Source: Anthoceros angustus
Taxonomy: Eukaryota; Plantae; Anthocerotophyta
Direction of reading: 5' to 3'
NCBI GenBank assembly: GCA_010909165.1
Contig: MU008165.1
Location: 1,302,001 to 1,366,000 of the forward strand
DNA: 64,000 nt
In this document: in pieces, positions 26,965-38,049 of the stretch
Layout of the letters: each line of letters starts with the position of its first letter
How positions within the stretch are numbered: the first letter of the stretch is position 1
The notes under the pieces: model-generated
Told to the model about the DNA's origin: nothing
The model's database searches: none
Seen by the model: the letters and a program-made list of their open reading frames with translations, nothing else
Translations under genes and position numbers: made by a program

Positions 26965-29900
26965 TCAGGTACCAACAGGCCTGCTTCCCGTTCTCGTTCC
27001 GTCGGCTTTGCCGCAACATTTCTTCCACTTCCGTTGCGATCCGCATGCACAAATCGCGTTCCTACCCTGTTTCGCCCTTGTTCCAAGGGCTTTAGTTCCG
27101 CAATGATGTGATGCACTCTCCTTCATAGACACACCAGGTGCTTCAACCTGTGGAGCAGAAACACCGTTGCTAGAGGCATTTTTCTTCCTCTCCTTGGCAG
27201 GGACAACCGGGGCCTCCACTGCAGCACCATTGGCTGACGGGATTCTTTTCCCGTTTGCAGATGCTCGGACGTTCCTTCCCTTCCCCTCGAAACCTGGAAG
27301 AGCTGACCCAGCTTGGACTAAATTGCAACCGCCAGCCGTGTCACCAGTTCCATTGCCATCAACTATACTTGAGCCGGCCCCATGCTTCTGTTTCTCATCG
27401 TGGACCACAGACAGGGGAAGAGCACTCTGCTCTGCTGGTAACCCACTGCCACCATCTTCACCTGTTTTCCTTTTTGATGGACAACTAAGTTTTTTAGAGC
27501 TCTGAGGTTTATTTAAAAAGCCTGGTGTGAACAAAGGCTTGAGTTTGGTCTTTCTCTGAATGGCAACCCTTTCAGGAGCCACCACTGCATCCGAATTGCC
27601 TCTAACAACCCCATCTCCATTGCCATGGTTTAGTTTCCAGAGCTTATCTTCTACCATGACCGTGGTTGTTTCCTGTTGCCCAGGCATTCCAGATGCTTCA
27701 GTCACCCTTTCACCACCCAAACGACCACTTGCTTCCTGTGCAGCAGATGAGACTTCATCTGGTGACGGAAAGTTGTGACCAACCTTAGAGTCTTTACCTG
27801 CCCCTACGGAGCATAGCGGAGACGATGAGGTGAAATTTGATAGAGCTTGACTTGTGCCGTCAACTGCAAGCCTTGAACCCCACATCTCCACCCCTTCCAT
27901 CTGCGTTCCTGAACTGGACTCTGATAACTGTTCAAACCCTGAGGCATCACTTATTGCACATTCACTCACCAGGCCTGCAGACTTCGCTTCTGAAGTCGAT
28001 TCCAGTTCGTCCACTTCCATGTCCAAACAACCAAGATCTGTACTAGAATTAGATAACTGAGACTTCCTCGATATATCTGAATGGCTGAGACCCAAGACTG
28101 GCCTCGACTCTAAATGTTGGCGCTTGGCCCTAGCTAGCAACTCAACCTGGAATGTGTCCATTGCAAGACCTGGTGACGTGCTTCCACCAGAATCAAATGC
28201 AGAAATTCCATTCTGGTTGTACCCAACGTCCACTGTATGATTGTCACTCTCCATGCTCTCCGTGGCCCAAACAGATGTCACATCCTTTGTCAAAGAGGAG
28301 GATGAAATGATGCAATCTGACGTTGCAACAAGAGCTGATGGGCATGAGGATGATCTACTGTGATTCCCTGCAGGCCATGAAGGAAATCCATCAGTATCCA
28401 AGCCTCTTACTGGTGGAAGTGGGGAGAGTCCTGCATCCAGTCTCCGTTTGCCAGCCTTTGCTGTTAGCAGCTGTTCAGGACTCACGAATGGTCTGTAAGA
28501 TGAGATGGGCTCTTCCTTGGATGCATGGTTGTTAGCATCCATGGAGACCATACTAGACTGCCCAGATTGCACATTCTGCTGAGTTCGATCATCATCTGGA
28601 GATTCATCAGCACTAGTGCTCACCATCTCCACATCGCCTGTCCAAGGGGAGATGACATCTGTAGCCATTATCGTTCCTACATCTTGTATCCACGAGCTCC
28701 CATGTCCTTCGCCCACTGTTTGGACAGTCCCATTGCCCAAAGTCTCTGTAATCGCCTGCATTACTCCAGGCACTTTGTTGGGAAAAACCCGCACTGTTGG
28801 ACCAGAGGACCCACTTACAAGATGCCCGTTGGACAAGGGGAAGCTTCTTCCATCCAAGAACTGTACCCGTGGAGAAGAAGTAACACAGCGACTTTCAAAA
28901 TCAGTCAGTGGCGCAGGTCGTGCAGAAGCCCTGCGAATGTTCACAACCTTAGAACAGGAGCATACGCACTATCTCTATTTAGACTGAAGGTAATCATAAT
29001 GAAAGGAACATGACAACGAGAGGATGAAACATCACCTGGTGTAAAAAAGCATGTACGCCTTCTGTGCCAACACCTTATCCAAGTCCACTTCCTTGACCTG
29101 CACAAGAAACAGCACATCATGTAAGGCAGATACACATTGCAGGCCCTCAAACCTGTGTACGATGTCACGTGAAGACACAACCATATAAACAAACTGAGGC
29201 TAATGCAAAGTTTTCAAAATGACAAAACAATGAATTGCATGACCTCCTATCAAATAGCTAACATTCTCAGCCAGTGATGTAGCATACCTTGCTGTCATCA
29301 ATCTTGTACCACGAACCTTGCGAATTCTTCACATAGCAGATATAATGGCCAAAGAAAGAGGCATTGAGCATATCCACATGCACAACTGTGGCATACAGTT
29401 GGTATAAAATAGGTGAAGCATCCTCCGTTGCACTCATATAAGGAGATATATCCAAAACCTCAGGAAACGTCACTCGCTTGTTCAACTTGCCAAACTTGCC
29501 ACTCTATCACGACAAACAACAAATGTCTCTTAGGAGGCACTGCAAGCAGAACTCGACAAGGGCATGTGCATGCAGTGTCGGCATGACTCTGTTGCCTGCA
29601 AGCTCTACTTCTGCTTGTAGAAATTGTGTGCAGACCTCAGACATACATAAGTCCAGGTGGCCACACATACTAAGATACCTGAAAGCGCTTCAGAGCAACA
29701 GTGAGAATGTTTGGGGCTTCATGGATGGTGAGACGTTTCCTGGCCTTGACGTATGCATTGCACCTAGATGAGAAACAAACACATCAGGACAACAAGTGAG
29801 CTACAAGGACTCCCTGCACCTTGGCTGTTTTTAGCATCTCAAATGCTGAGAGCAGCTGAAATGCATTAGAAGAGGGGACAGAAACAAGTTAGGAACAGCT

Positions 29901-32500
29901 CAGACCCAGAGGTTCACACTAACCTATCACACTTGTACTTATTGTCACCATCCAAACACTCGGGGGCTGTGAACTGCGCCAGAGCATCTTCCAAAGATTC
30001 CACGAAGCCCTGAATCTCCACTGCAAGATCCATCATACTCTCATATCGGTTGGATTCATGTTGGCACTGCATGCACTTCACCTGCAAAGCAAGTGATATG
30101 GAAATCTAATCTATCAATGGATTCACTGTAGTAAAGAATTCTGGATGCAACAACAAACAGACTTCTGAATCCAACAGCCACAGTAAGCTACACTGCGTAC
30201 TGCTCACTTGAGACTGCAAATGGCCACCAAAGATATGATGGATAAGTGTGGTTTCTTGGGTTCGTGGATCAACCGCCTTCTCGCCTCCATGTTCATCCAA
30301 GCAGATTGATTGCATTGAATCAATAGCAAATCTACACTCCAAAACCAGCAGATGAGCTGAAGTATTTACCCCATCCTTCAAAACCATACATAGTTTAGGG
30401 TTCCAGCAGGATATCATACCTCATAAACTCATGAGCATCCTCCTGCCTGCCATACCCAAGATGATTTCCAATGTTTCGTATTCTAGAAAGTATCCTAATT
30501 GGCGAGAATGGATTCTGACTCTGCTTAACTCTACGAACGTGATTCTGCAGCTCACACATGAAACACCAGTCGTTCCTCTGGCCTGCATCATGTCGCACAA
30601 ACCAGCAATTGAGAATGAAGTAGAGACAACAAACACAATCTGCTAATCACCACTGTGCAGCCTGCACTTACAATCTTCCCCATGTGCCCCTTCAAGCAGG
30701 TAGGCAGTCAGAGGCCTGGTGTAGGTTAGGCATTGCAGCACAACGTTTGCAAAACAGCTGCAGCCCACAAGCTAATTAAAGATCTGACAGACTACAAGGG
30801 CACACAGGCAATGCCAGAATGTACGATAAGGGTGTACACTCTTGACTCATCACATTCATTAGGGCACAATTGTGATCTTCATCAAGTGTAAGACAACCTG
30901 AGCAGGGCAATCCCACTAACCAAAGAATCCAGAAGAAAAGCGCACCTGTTTCCACAATTAATTAAGCCACATGGTGGATGTCTAAGGATATCCCAGTTGA
31001 AAAACTTGACGAAGACTTCATATGGGAATAATATCTGCAGATACACACCAAGTCGTCCCACAGTGAGCAAAGCATACCTTAGAATGATGTCACCCTAGCA
31101 TATCACAGTCAATCGAATGCTTAAGTTCCCCTCTACTGTGATATTGCTGTGAGCACAGATGCATCAGGCACCATTCAGTAAGCACGACTTACAACAGACG
31201 AAGCAGAAACCCTATATCGTCAAATCCTGACTAGCTCAACACTACCTTTTGACAGCAAAGTATCACGACCTGACAGCCCTCTTTAGACCACCACCCCTTA
31301 TAACTTCACTCACAATTGAACGTAACCTTTTTATCTGGATAGTCAAAAAATTCGAAGTCAGACCCTCAAGACAAGTGACTACAGCACTTAAAGCTCAGCA
31401 CCCAGCGACTACCGCACAACAAATACCAGGCCCGGTCACAGAGCATCAAACAAGAGCAGTGCACCTTCTTAGGTTTTGCAAGCTTTCCATCCGAAGGGGC
31501 GGCAGGTGCTGCGGCTGCTTCTGGCTCGGACGCCACTTCTGAAAGCTTCGTCTCTGAAGTAGATGCAGCAACTGCAGCAGGAGGATCCGCTGGGGCTGGC
31601 AATGGTGCTGGGGCCGGAGTTGGTTCTGCAGCAGGAGTTGGACCCGGAGGGGGAGGTGGTGATTCAGGTGCCGGAGGAGCAGCTGGAGCTGGAGCTGGAG
31701 CTGGAGCTGGGACTTCTTCTGGAGCAGGAGCAGCAGATGGAGCTGGATCTGGAACTGGTTCCGATGCAGGGGCGGGAGGTGGAGATACGCTGGCCTCGGG
31801 AGCTACTGCTTCAACTGACTCCGTCGCAGGTTCAGCTACAACAGCTACTGGCACAACAGGATCTTCCTTCGGCAGCACAATAGGCTGTTGAGGCACAACA
31901 GGTTCTTGGGACAAAACTTCGACCTTCGGTCGTTGTGGGGTTGAATCAGCAACCTTGACGGTAGCCTTGGCCGCAGCAACCCTCGCCGGCTCTCGACATT
32001 CATGCTTATGGCCTTGTCTCCAGTGCTGCGTTTGGCAAGCCTCAGAGCTGAAAGAGACAAACAGCACACGACATCAGTACTGGAGACATATTGTTGCCAT
32101 GCTAGTGTGCGCTCTGCAACACAAAGTTGGCAAAAGTAGTTTCATGAAGGAAGCAGCCAAGCCCAAGCAGAGCCCAATTCCTTCACACCCACAAATCCCA
32201 CTCAGATAGGCAGTAGCAGCCTCACCAGTATCTCACGGCCTTGCATCGCGAACAGCGCCTCGTGGATAAATTCAGGCAGATGGCACAGTTCTTACTACTC
32301 TGCAACATGGACGTGTATTCTAACGTCGACTCCTGCCCGAAACGTTCTGCTTCTTCTTGCGCCTGCCGTTGCAGCTTCCGTACCTCTGTCTGCCTGGCAG
32401 ACCGTTCTTTCACCTTGTTCGGCACCACGAAACTGATCACCACGGCAAGGAAGATGGCTAGCAGGACAGCTGAAATCCCTGTTTCTACCCACTCATGCAT
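26965..32500 (-). CDS. zf-MYND ubiquitin-specific protease (UBP15-19 subfamily) with a long disordered C-terminus ending in a SEC-C-like motif
   Basis: N-terminal TM segment, MYND ([21 protein letters not shown]|[17 protein letters not shown]), Cys box (PCGLINCGN), [30 protein letters not shown], His box (GHYICYVK...WYKIDDS) and AYMLFYTR, with a long last exon (ORF 26965-28944). Confidence 0.92.
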
Positions 32501-33467
32501 CTAAATCTGCCCTGTGTTCCCGCCCTCAAAGGCATCAACCGAAAAGATCCGCCCGCCACACTACCTCCGCAATGCGCTAACCCACCAGCCCCGCCACTAA
32601 CCCACCAGGGAGATGCGCAGGGCTGGGCTGCACCGCCGCACGTTCGTAGCTCCTCCGCCACGCAGCGACGCCAGGATCCGAGGCCAGCCCGACCCAGAAT
32701 CCGAGGACCCAGCAACTGCGTTCCACGGCAACATGCGCCGCAATACACACAATCGATCGCCCGCCGATTCCCGGCGATTAATGCCCGAGCACACAGGAAC
32801 ACCACATGCCGCAGAAGGCAAGGCCACTGGCAGCGGCAGGCAGCGCCGGGCCAGACCTAGGGGAAGCACGCACGCAAGCAAGCAATAAGATTGCGCCTGC
32901 TGCCACCTGATGAAGATGAGCACCAAAGGCAGGGCAAGCCAAGCGGGGGTCCGGCCGAGCCGAGCCGAGCCGAGCCCGACAGTCCTGCAGCCGGTGGCAA
33001 AAAGTGCACCCCAAGCGAGCGCAGCAACTCAGAGAGGCCAGGGAGGGAAGGAGGGAGGAAGGGATGGAGGGGCAGTATGGAACTGAGCCGCTGGCGCTGG
33101 CGCTGGCGATGGCGCTGGCGATGGCGCTGGAATGGGGATGCGGAGTAAGCAACGGTGATGGCTGTGCCCCGAGACCACGTTGGCGCAGGATGCCTCTACT
33201 TCCGGCACACAAGGGGGTAACAAGGACGAACGACGGCCTATGTGTGTGAAAGCTGCGTGTGTGTGAATATCATGAAACTGCAAAACTGTCCACTCATTAC
33301 TAGACTGTCTACTCTCATTTCCGGTGCAATTCCCTGGTACATAGGTCTATGTACTGCCTATAGGTGGGTAGGAGCTCCTATTCCAAGCACTTCCCTATTA
33401 TGTTTAATAGCTTCCATTCCAAGTCCTTATCTTGCTATACTTATTAGAATTTTCTTAATATTTATCA

Positions 33468-33506
33468 ATATTATATTATATTATATTATATTATATTATA
33501 TTATAT
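33468..33506. repeat. (TTATA)n microsatellite
   Basis: About 7-8 perfect pentamer copies near the left edge of the AT-rich island. Confidence 0.9.
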
Positions 33507-34950
33507 GATACAAAATATATAGGTTTTGCGCGGGTGTTGAAGACAAAACCCATGGAGACTAAACCTGTAGATAGGAGTATGGAGGCAAGAAGCTTGGCAC
33601 TCAAGCATGAACGCCTAAGGCATGAAAGCTCGATATTGTTAAACCTTGGACGATGGAAGATGCAGCAGACTTGGGGCTACATGAAAAATGGACACACATA
33701 CTGTTTCTTGCGCCCATCCCAAAAGAGTCCCAACCACTCAATTTGAGTTGGTTGATCCTCTGGATTAAGGAGTTTAAAAAGTTTATTGAGGTCTCCAAGT
33801 GTTTGGTTCACCAATAATAAGTCTTGCAGCATCTTTCGATATCTATGGATGAACCTATACCTACTGTTATGTCGATGGGCGCAAAAATGTGAAGCCCCCA
33901 AAAATCTCTGTCGTTCTCTTGCATTATCTCGTTTGAGTACACGCTTGAACCCCTCATGACGCCTAACTTATGCTGACTTTATCTTAAATGAGCAATCAGC
34001 GGCGGATTTGCCTGCTGCCTCTGATGCCACAATGCACTCAGGGAGGAGAAGTTTTTTTTTTCGCATAAAAAAATTCAGATTAATTTTGAGATGGTTATAG
34101 AATAGCCTAGGTACTTCTAGGGCAGGAAAAGGCAATCTAAAAAGCAAAATGGGAAAGTCAAGCTTCTTGTAGAGGCAAACTTTCATCTGCTAGAGGGGAC
34201 ACCAAGAAAGCGGCATTTTCGGCAGAGAGAGACATGGAGCTCTTAGAAGACAGGCCTTAAGACAAGAGGGAATCCAGGGCTGCCAAAGGGGCATAGATAA
34301 TGTCGAGGCCAACCATGTCATGGATTTGCTAGAGAGTCGCCTTGCTTATTAGTCTAGAGATGTCCCTCAGCTCTTCATCCGCCTGAGAGAGGAGAACAAG
34401 GGGCATAGAGATGGCCACCAACAAGGTCTCCTGAGAAGTAGAGACGGCTCCTCGTCTCTAATTTTGAGGGTGTGAAAACAGGGGTTTGTTTTCCGAAAGC
34501 CAAGTATTAGGCTATTTTTGAAATTTTTCGAAAAAATGATGTATGAAGAATGAAGAGTTCTCAAATGAAACCGTGCATTTCAAGTTTTGTTTACTAATTT
34601 TTGCTTTTTCACTCTACATTGTATCGACTACCCTTAAAAAACACCCAAGATTTGAAGATGAATACCCGATGTGGGGCCTGCCTGCACATTTTCACACCAG
34701 CCAAGATATCAAAATTGTGGGTTTAAGCGTTCACAAAAACAAGAAAGTGGTGGGGAACAATCACATAGCCATATACTCCAATCTCAGCTTCACTATATCA
34801 ATTTCACGATTGCCCCTTGCATGGCTTGAAGACATTTTCACAAGAAAGAGGCACTGAAGAGTGGTTTAATGAGATTATGAATAACGTTAAAATAAAAATC
34901 ATTATATTAAAAAAATATGATACAAATGAAATTCTTATATAATAAAATTA

Positions 34951-35775
34951 CTATCTTCTATATATAAGATAGCGAGCAAAACCAGGAATGGTTTAGAACT
35001 TGCTTCGCATCCGGTCTACACTCTTGTTCTAAATGTAACATTGAGTGTAGTAGATCTTTCACTGTGTGACATGTTGGGCCACTCATCTAGGTCCAATTGA
35101 GTTATCCATTCTTCTTTTTCCTCGAACTCATATCCTATATAAGGACGATTTCGTTAAAACTTCATACAAAATGACTCCTGCGCTCCAAATATCGGCTTTT
35201 GAAGTATAGCTTATGTTTACATCGTCTTCCGACTCCAATACCTCCGAGCCATGTAACATGGGGTTCCCGCAGCCTGCATAATAATTCATGTTCGCTTTGG
35301 AGACATGGAATGCATAAACCAAAGTCTCGCTAGTATGACTTTGAGACGGCTAAGTAATAGTATATTAGCCGGTTTCAAATCGCGATGCATAACATTATGC
35401 CCGTGGCAAAATTGATTGCCTCCATTAGGTTAAACATAAGTATTTTTGCATCCTCTTCACAATAAGCTCCCCTTTTTAGTTCATCCTTTAGTGTACCATT
35501 GGTACATAGCTCCATCACAATATAAATATGTTCAATATCCTCATGAACACTTTTGTGTTAATAATATGAGAATATTTTGGAAGAGATCAAGAGTGTTGAT
35601 CTCTCTACATATTGCATCATTTATGTCTTTAGATTTTTCATAATTTTGCAACAAATATCTTTCCGATATTTGTCATAGCATTCATAGACTTTGGAAAACC
35701 TCCTTCACCGATACATTTTCCACATATGTATCTTTCTTGAAACATTCTCACTTCAATTTTCATTGTGGACTCCAT
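34951..35775 (-). CDS. Intronless Ser/Thr protein kinase (CAMK/CDPK-like catalytic domain), interrupted by several 1-nt indels in this assembly
   Basis: Hand reconstruction across frameshifts: MESTMKIEVRMFQERYICGKCIGEGGF-SKVYECYD..GKIFVAK..DAICREIN..HII..HEDIEHIYIVMELCTNGTLKDEL..CHGHNVMHRDLKPANILL..DFGL..GTPCYMA(P)EVLESEDDVNISYTSKADIWSAGVILYEVL..KDLLHSMLHLEQECRPDAKQVLNHSWFARYLIYRR*. The catalytic motifs are present in order. Confidence 0.85.
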
Positions 35776-35799
35776 AATTTTAAAGATTGATAAATAGGA

Positions 35800-37425
35800 G
35801 TATTTCTTCGGTTTAGGTCCCGCCTTTGGGTAATTACGTGCCCTCTAGGGAAACTGAGGGAACAAGTAGAGAGAATGAATTAACACACACGGAACATACA
35901 TGCATAAACTCATCCCTCTATAAGGAGAACATCAATCTTCATTGAACAAACCTTAACAACGTAGATCACACGATTATTAAAAGATATTTGCAAGAATGTG
36001 AGATTTTAAGTTCATGGTGCGGAGGAACTATTTCGGTTTAGGTCTCGCCCTTTGGGTAATTTACGTGCCCTCTAGGGAAACCTGTAGAGAACAAGTAGAG
36101 AGAATGAATTCGTTAACACACGCCGTAATATACATGCATGCACCCATCCTTATATATAAAGGGGAACATCAATCTTCATTGAACAAACCTTAACAACCGT
36201 AGATCACACGATTATTAAAAGATATTTGCAAGAAGAATGGATAACAAGATTTCAAGTTCATAGTCCGGAGGAACTATTTCGGTTTAGGTCTCGCCTTTGG
36301 GTAATTAACGTGCCTCTAGGGAAACCTCAGGAACAAGTAGAGAGAATGAATTAACACACGGAATACACATGCATACACCCATCCCTCTATAAAGGAGAAC
36401 ATCAATCTTCATTGAACAAACCTTAACAACTAGATCGAGGATTATTTAAAGATATTTGCAAGAATATGAGATTTTGAAGTTCATGGCGGAGGAACTATTT
36501 CGGTTTAGGTCTCGCCTTTGGGTAATTTACGTGCCCTCTAGGAAACCAGAGGGAACAAGTAGAGAATGAATTTATTAACACACACGGAACATACATGCAT
36601 AAACTCATCCCTCTATAAAGGAGAACATCAATCTTCATTGAACAAACCTTAACAACTCTGAATCACACGATTATTAAAAGATATTTGCAAGAATGTGAGA
36701 TTTTGAAGTTCGTGGTGCGGAGGAACTATTTGGGTTTAGGTCTCGCCCTTTGGGTAATTTACGTGCCCTCTAGGGTAACCTGTAGAGAACAAGTAGAGAG
36801 AATGTTAACACACGCCGTAATATACATGCATGCACCCATCCTTATATAAAAGGGAACATCAATCTTCATTGAACAAACCTTAACAACCGTAGATCACACG
36901 ATTATTAAAAGATATTTGCAAGAATGGATTAGATTTTAAGTTCATAGTCAGGAATCTTTCGGTTTAGGTGTCGCCCTTTGGGTAATTCGTGCCCTCTAGG
37001 GAAACTGAGGGAACAAGTAGAGAATGAATTCGTGCGCATGGGAATACACATGCATACATCCCTCTATAAAGGAGAACATCAATCTTCATTGAACAAACCT
37101 TAACAACGTAGATCACGATTATTTAAAGATATTTGCAAGAATATGAGATTTTAAGTTCATGGCGGAGGAACTATTTCGGTTTAGGTGCCTTTGGGTAATT
37201 TACGTGCCCTCTAGGAAACTGAGGAACAAGTATAGAGAATGAATTCGTTAACACACGGAATATTTATGCATACACCCATCCTCTATAAAGGAGAACATCA
37301 ATTTTGATTGAACAAACCTTAACAAATCAGTAGATCACATGATTATGAAAAGTTACATGCAAGAAGAATGGATAACAAGATTTCAAGTTCATAGTCCGAG
37401 CAGGCTTTCGATTTTGGTCTCGCCA
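35800..37425. repeat. Tandem array of seven ~229-bp units (A-B-C-A-B-C-D) immediately 5' of the kinase
   Basis: The marker ttcggtttagg (or variant) occurs at about 35807, 36032, 36278, 36499, 36729, 36958, 37175 and 37407. A near-invariant core gaacatcaatcttcattgaacaaaccttaacaa is present in each unit, with two substitutions in unit 7. Confidence 0.95.
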
Positions 37426-38049
37426 TTCATACCCCATGAGAAACTACAAATTTGGTAGGTTTTAGCTTCATGTTGGCAACTACTAAATTAAATTTTCAAC
37501 GCATAATTTAGTTATATTGGCATCTATTCAAAGAGATAGTCTTGATTTCAAGTTAAATTCATTTATATCTAGCATTTATTAATCTAATGACTTATCATTA
37601 AGTAAGTAATTAATATTAATTAATATGAAGTGGTTTATGTTAAATAAGCATGGATTAGTGTTAATTAAACATGGTTAGCAATAGCTAAGTGGATAAACAC
37701 AAGTAATATGCTTTAGCACATTCATTGCATACTATAGTGTATTCTTTGCATATTCCGATATCTTGATGCCATAGGATATCTTAGGAATATGCCCATGCCA
37801 AGGCTAGTATACCTATATAGACCCTTTCACAAAGGACAAGCTCACATCATAGCTTGTCCTCTACATATGCAATGCAAGAGGTGTTGTGAGGAGGCCAAAG
37901 CTATCACTCAGAGCCATGAGCAATTTGCGTGTTGTTCCGTGGGAGGTGTGTTTGTGCCACAACGCGAGCTACTCTCTCCTAGTGTTACAAATTGGTTTGC
38001 ACCTATATTTGCATATTATATTTGTTGGTTGTCCGTTATAAGTGCTCAC

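Noticed and set aside
35800-37425. CRISPR array (near-invariant ~35-nt core in each unit)
   Set aside because: The sequence between cores is also conserved between units rather than forming unique spacers, the period is ~229 bp, there are no cas genes, and the context is eukaryotic.
35800-37425. 5S rDNA, snRNA, tRNA or true polyubiquitin array
   Set aside because: No 5S, tRNA or Sm-site/USE motifs were recognised, and no frame gives MQIFVK...LRLRGG.
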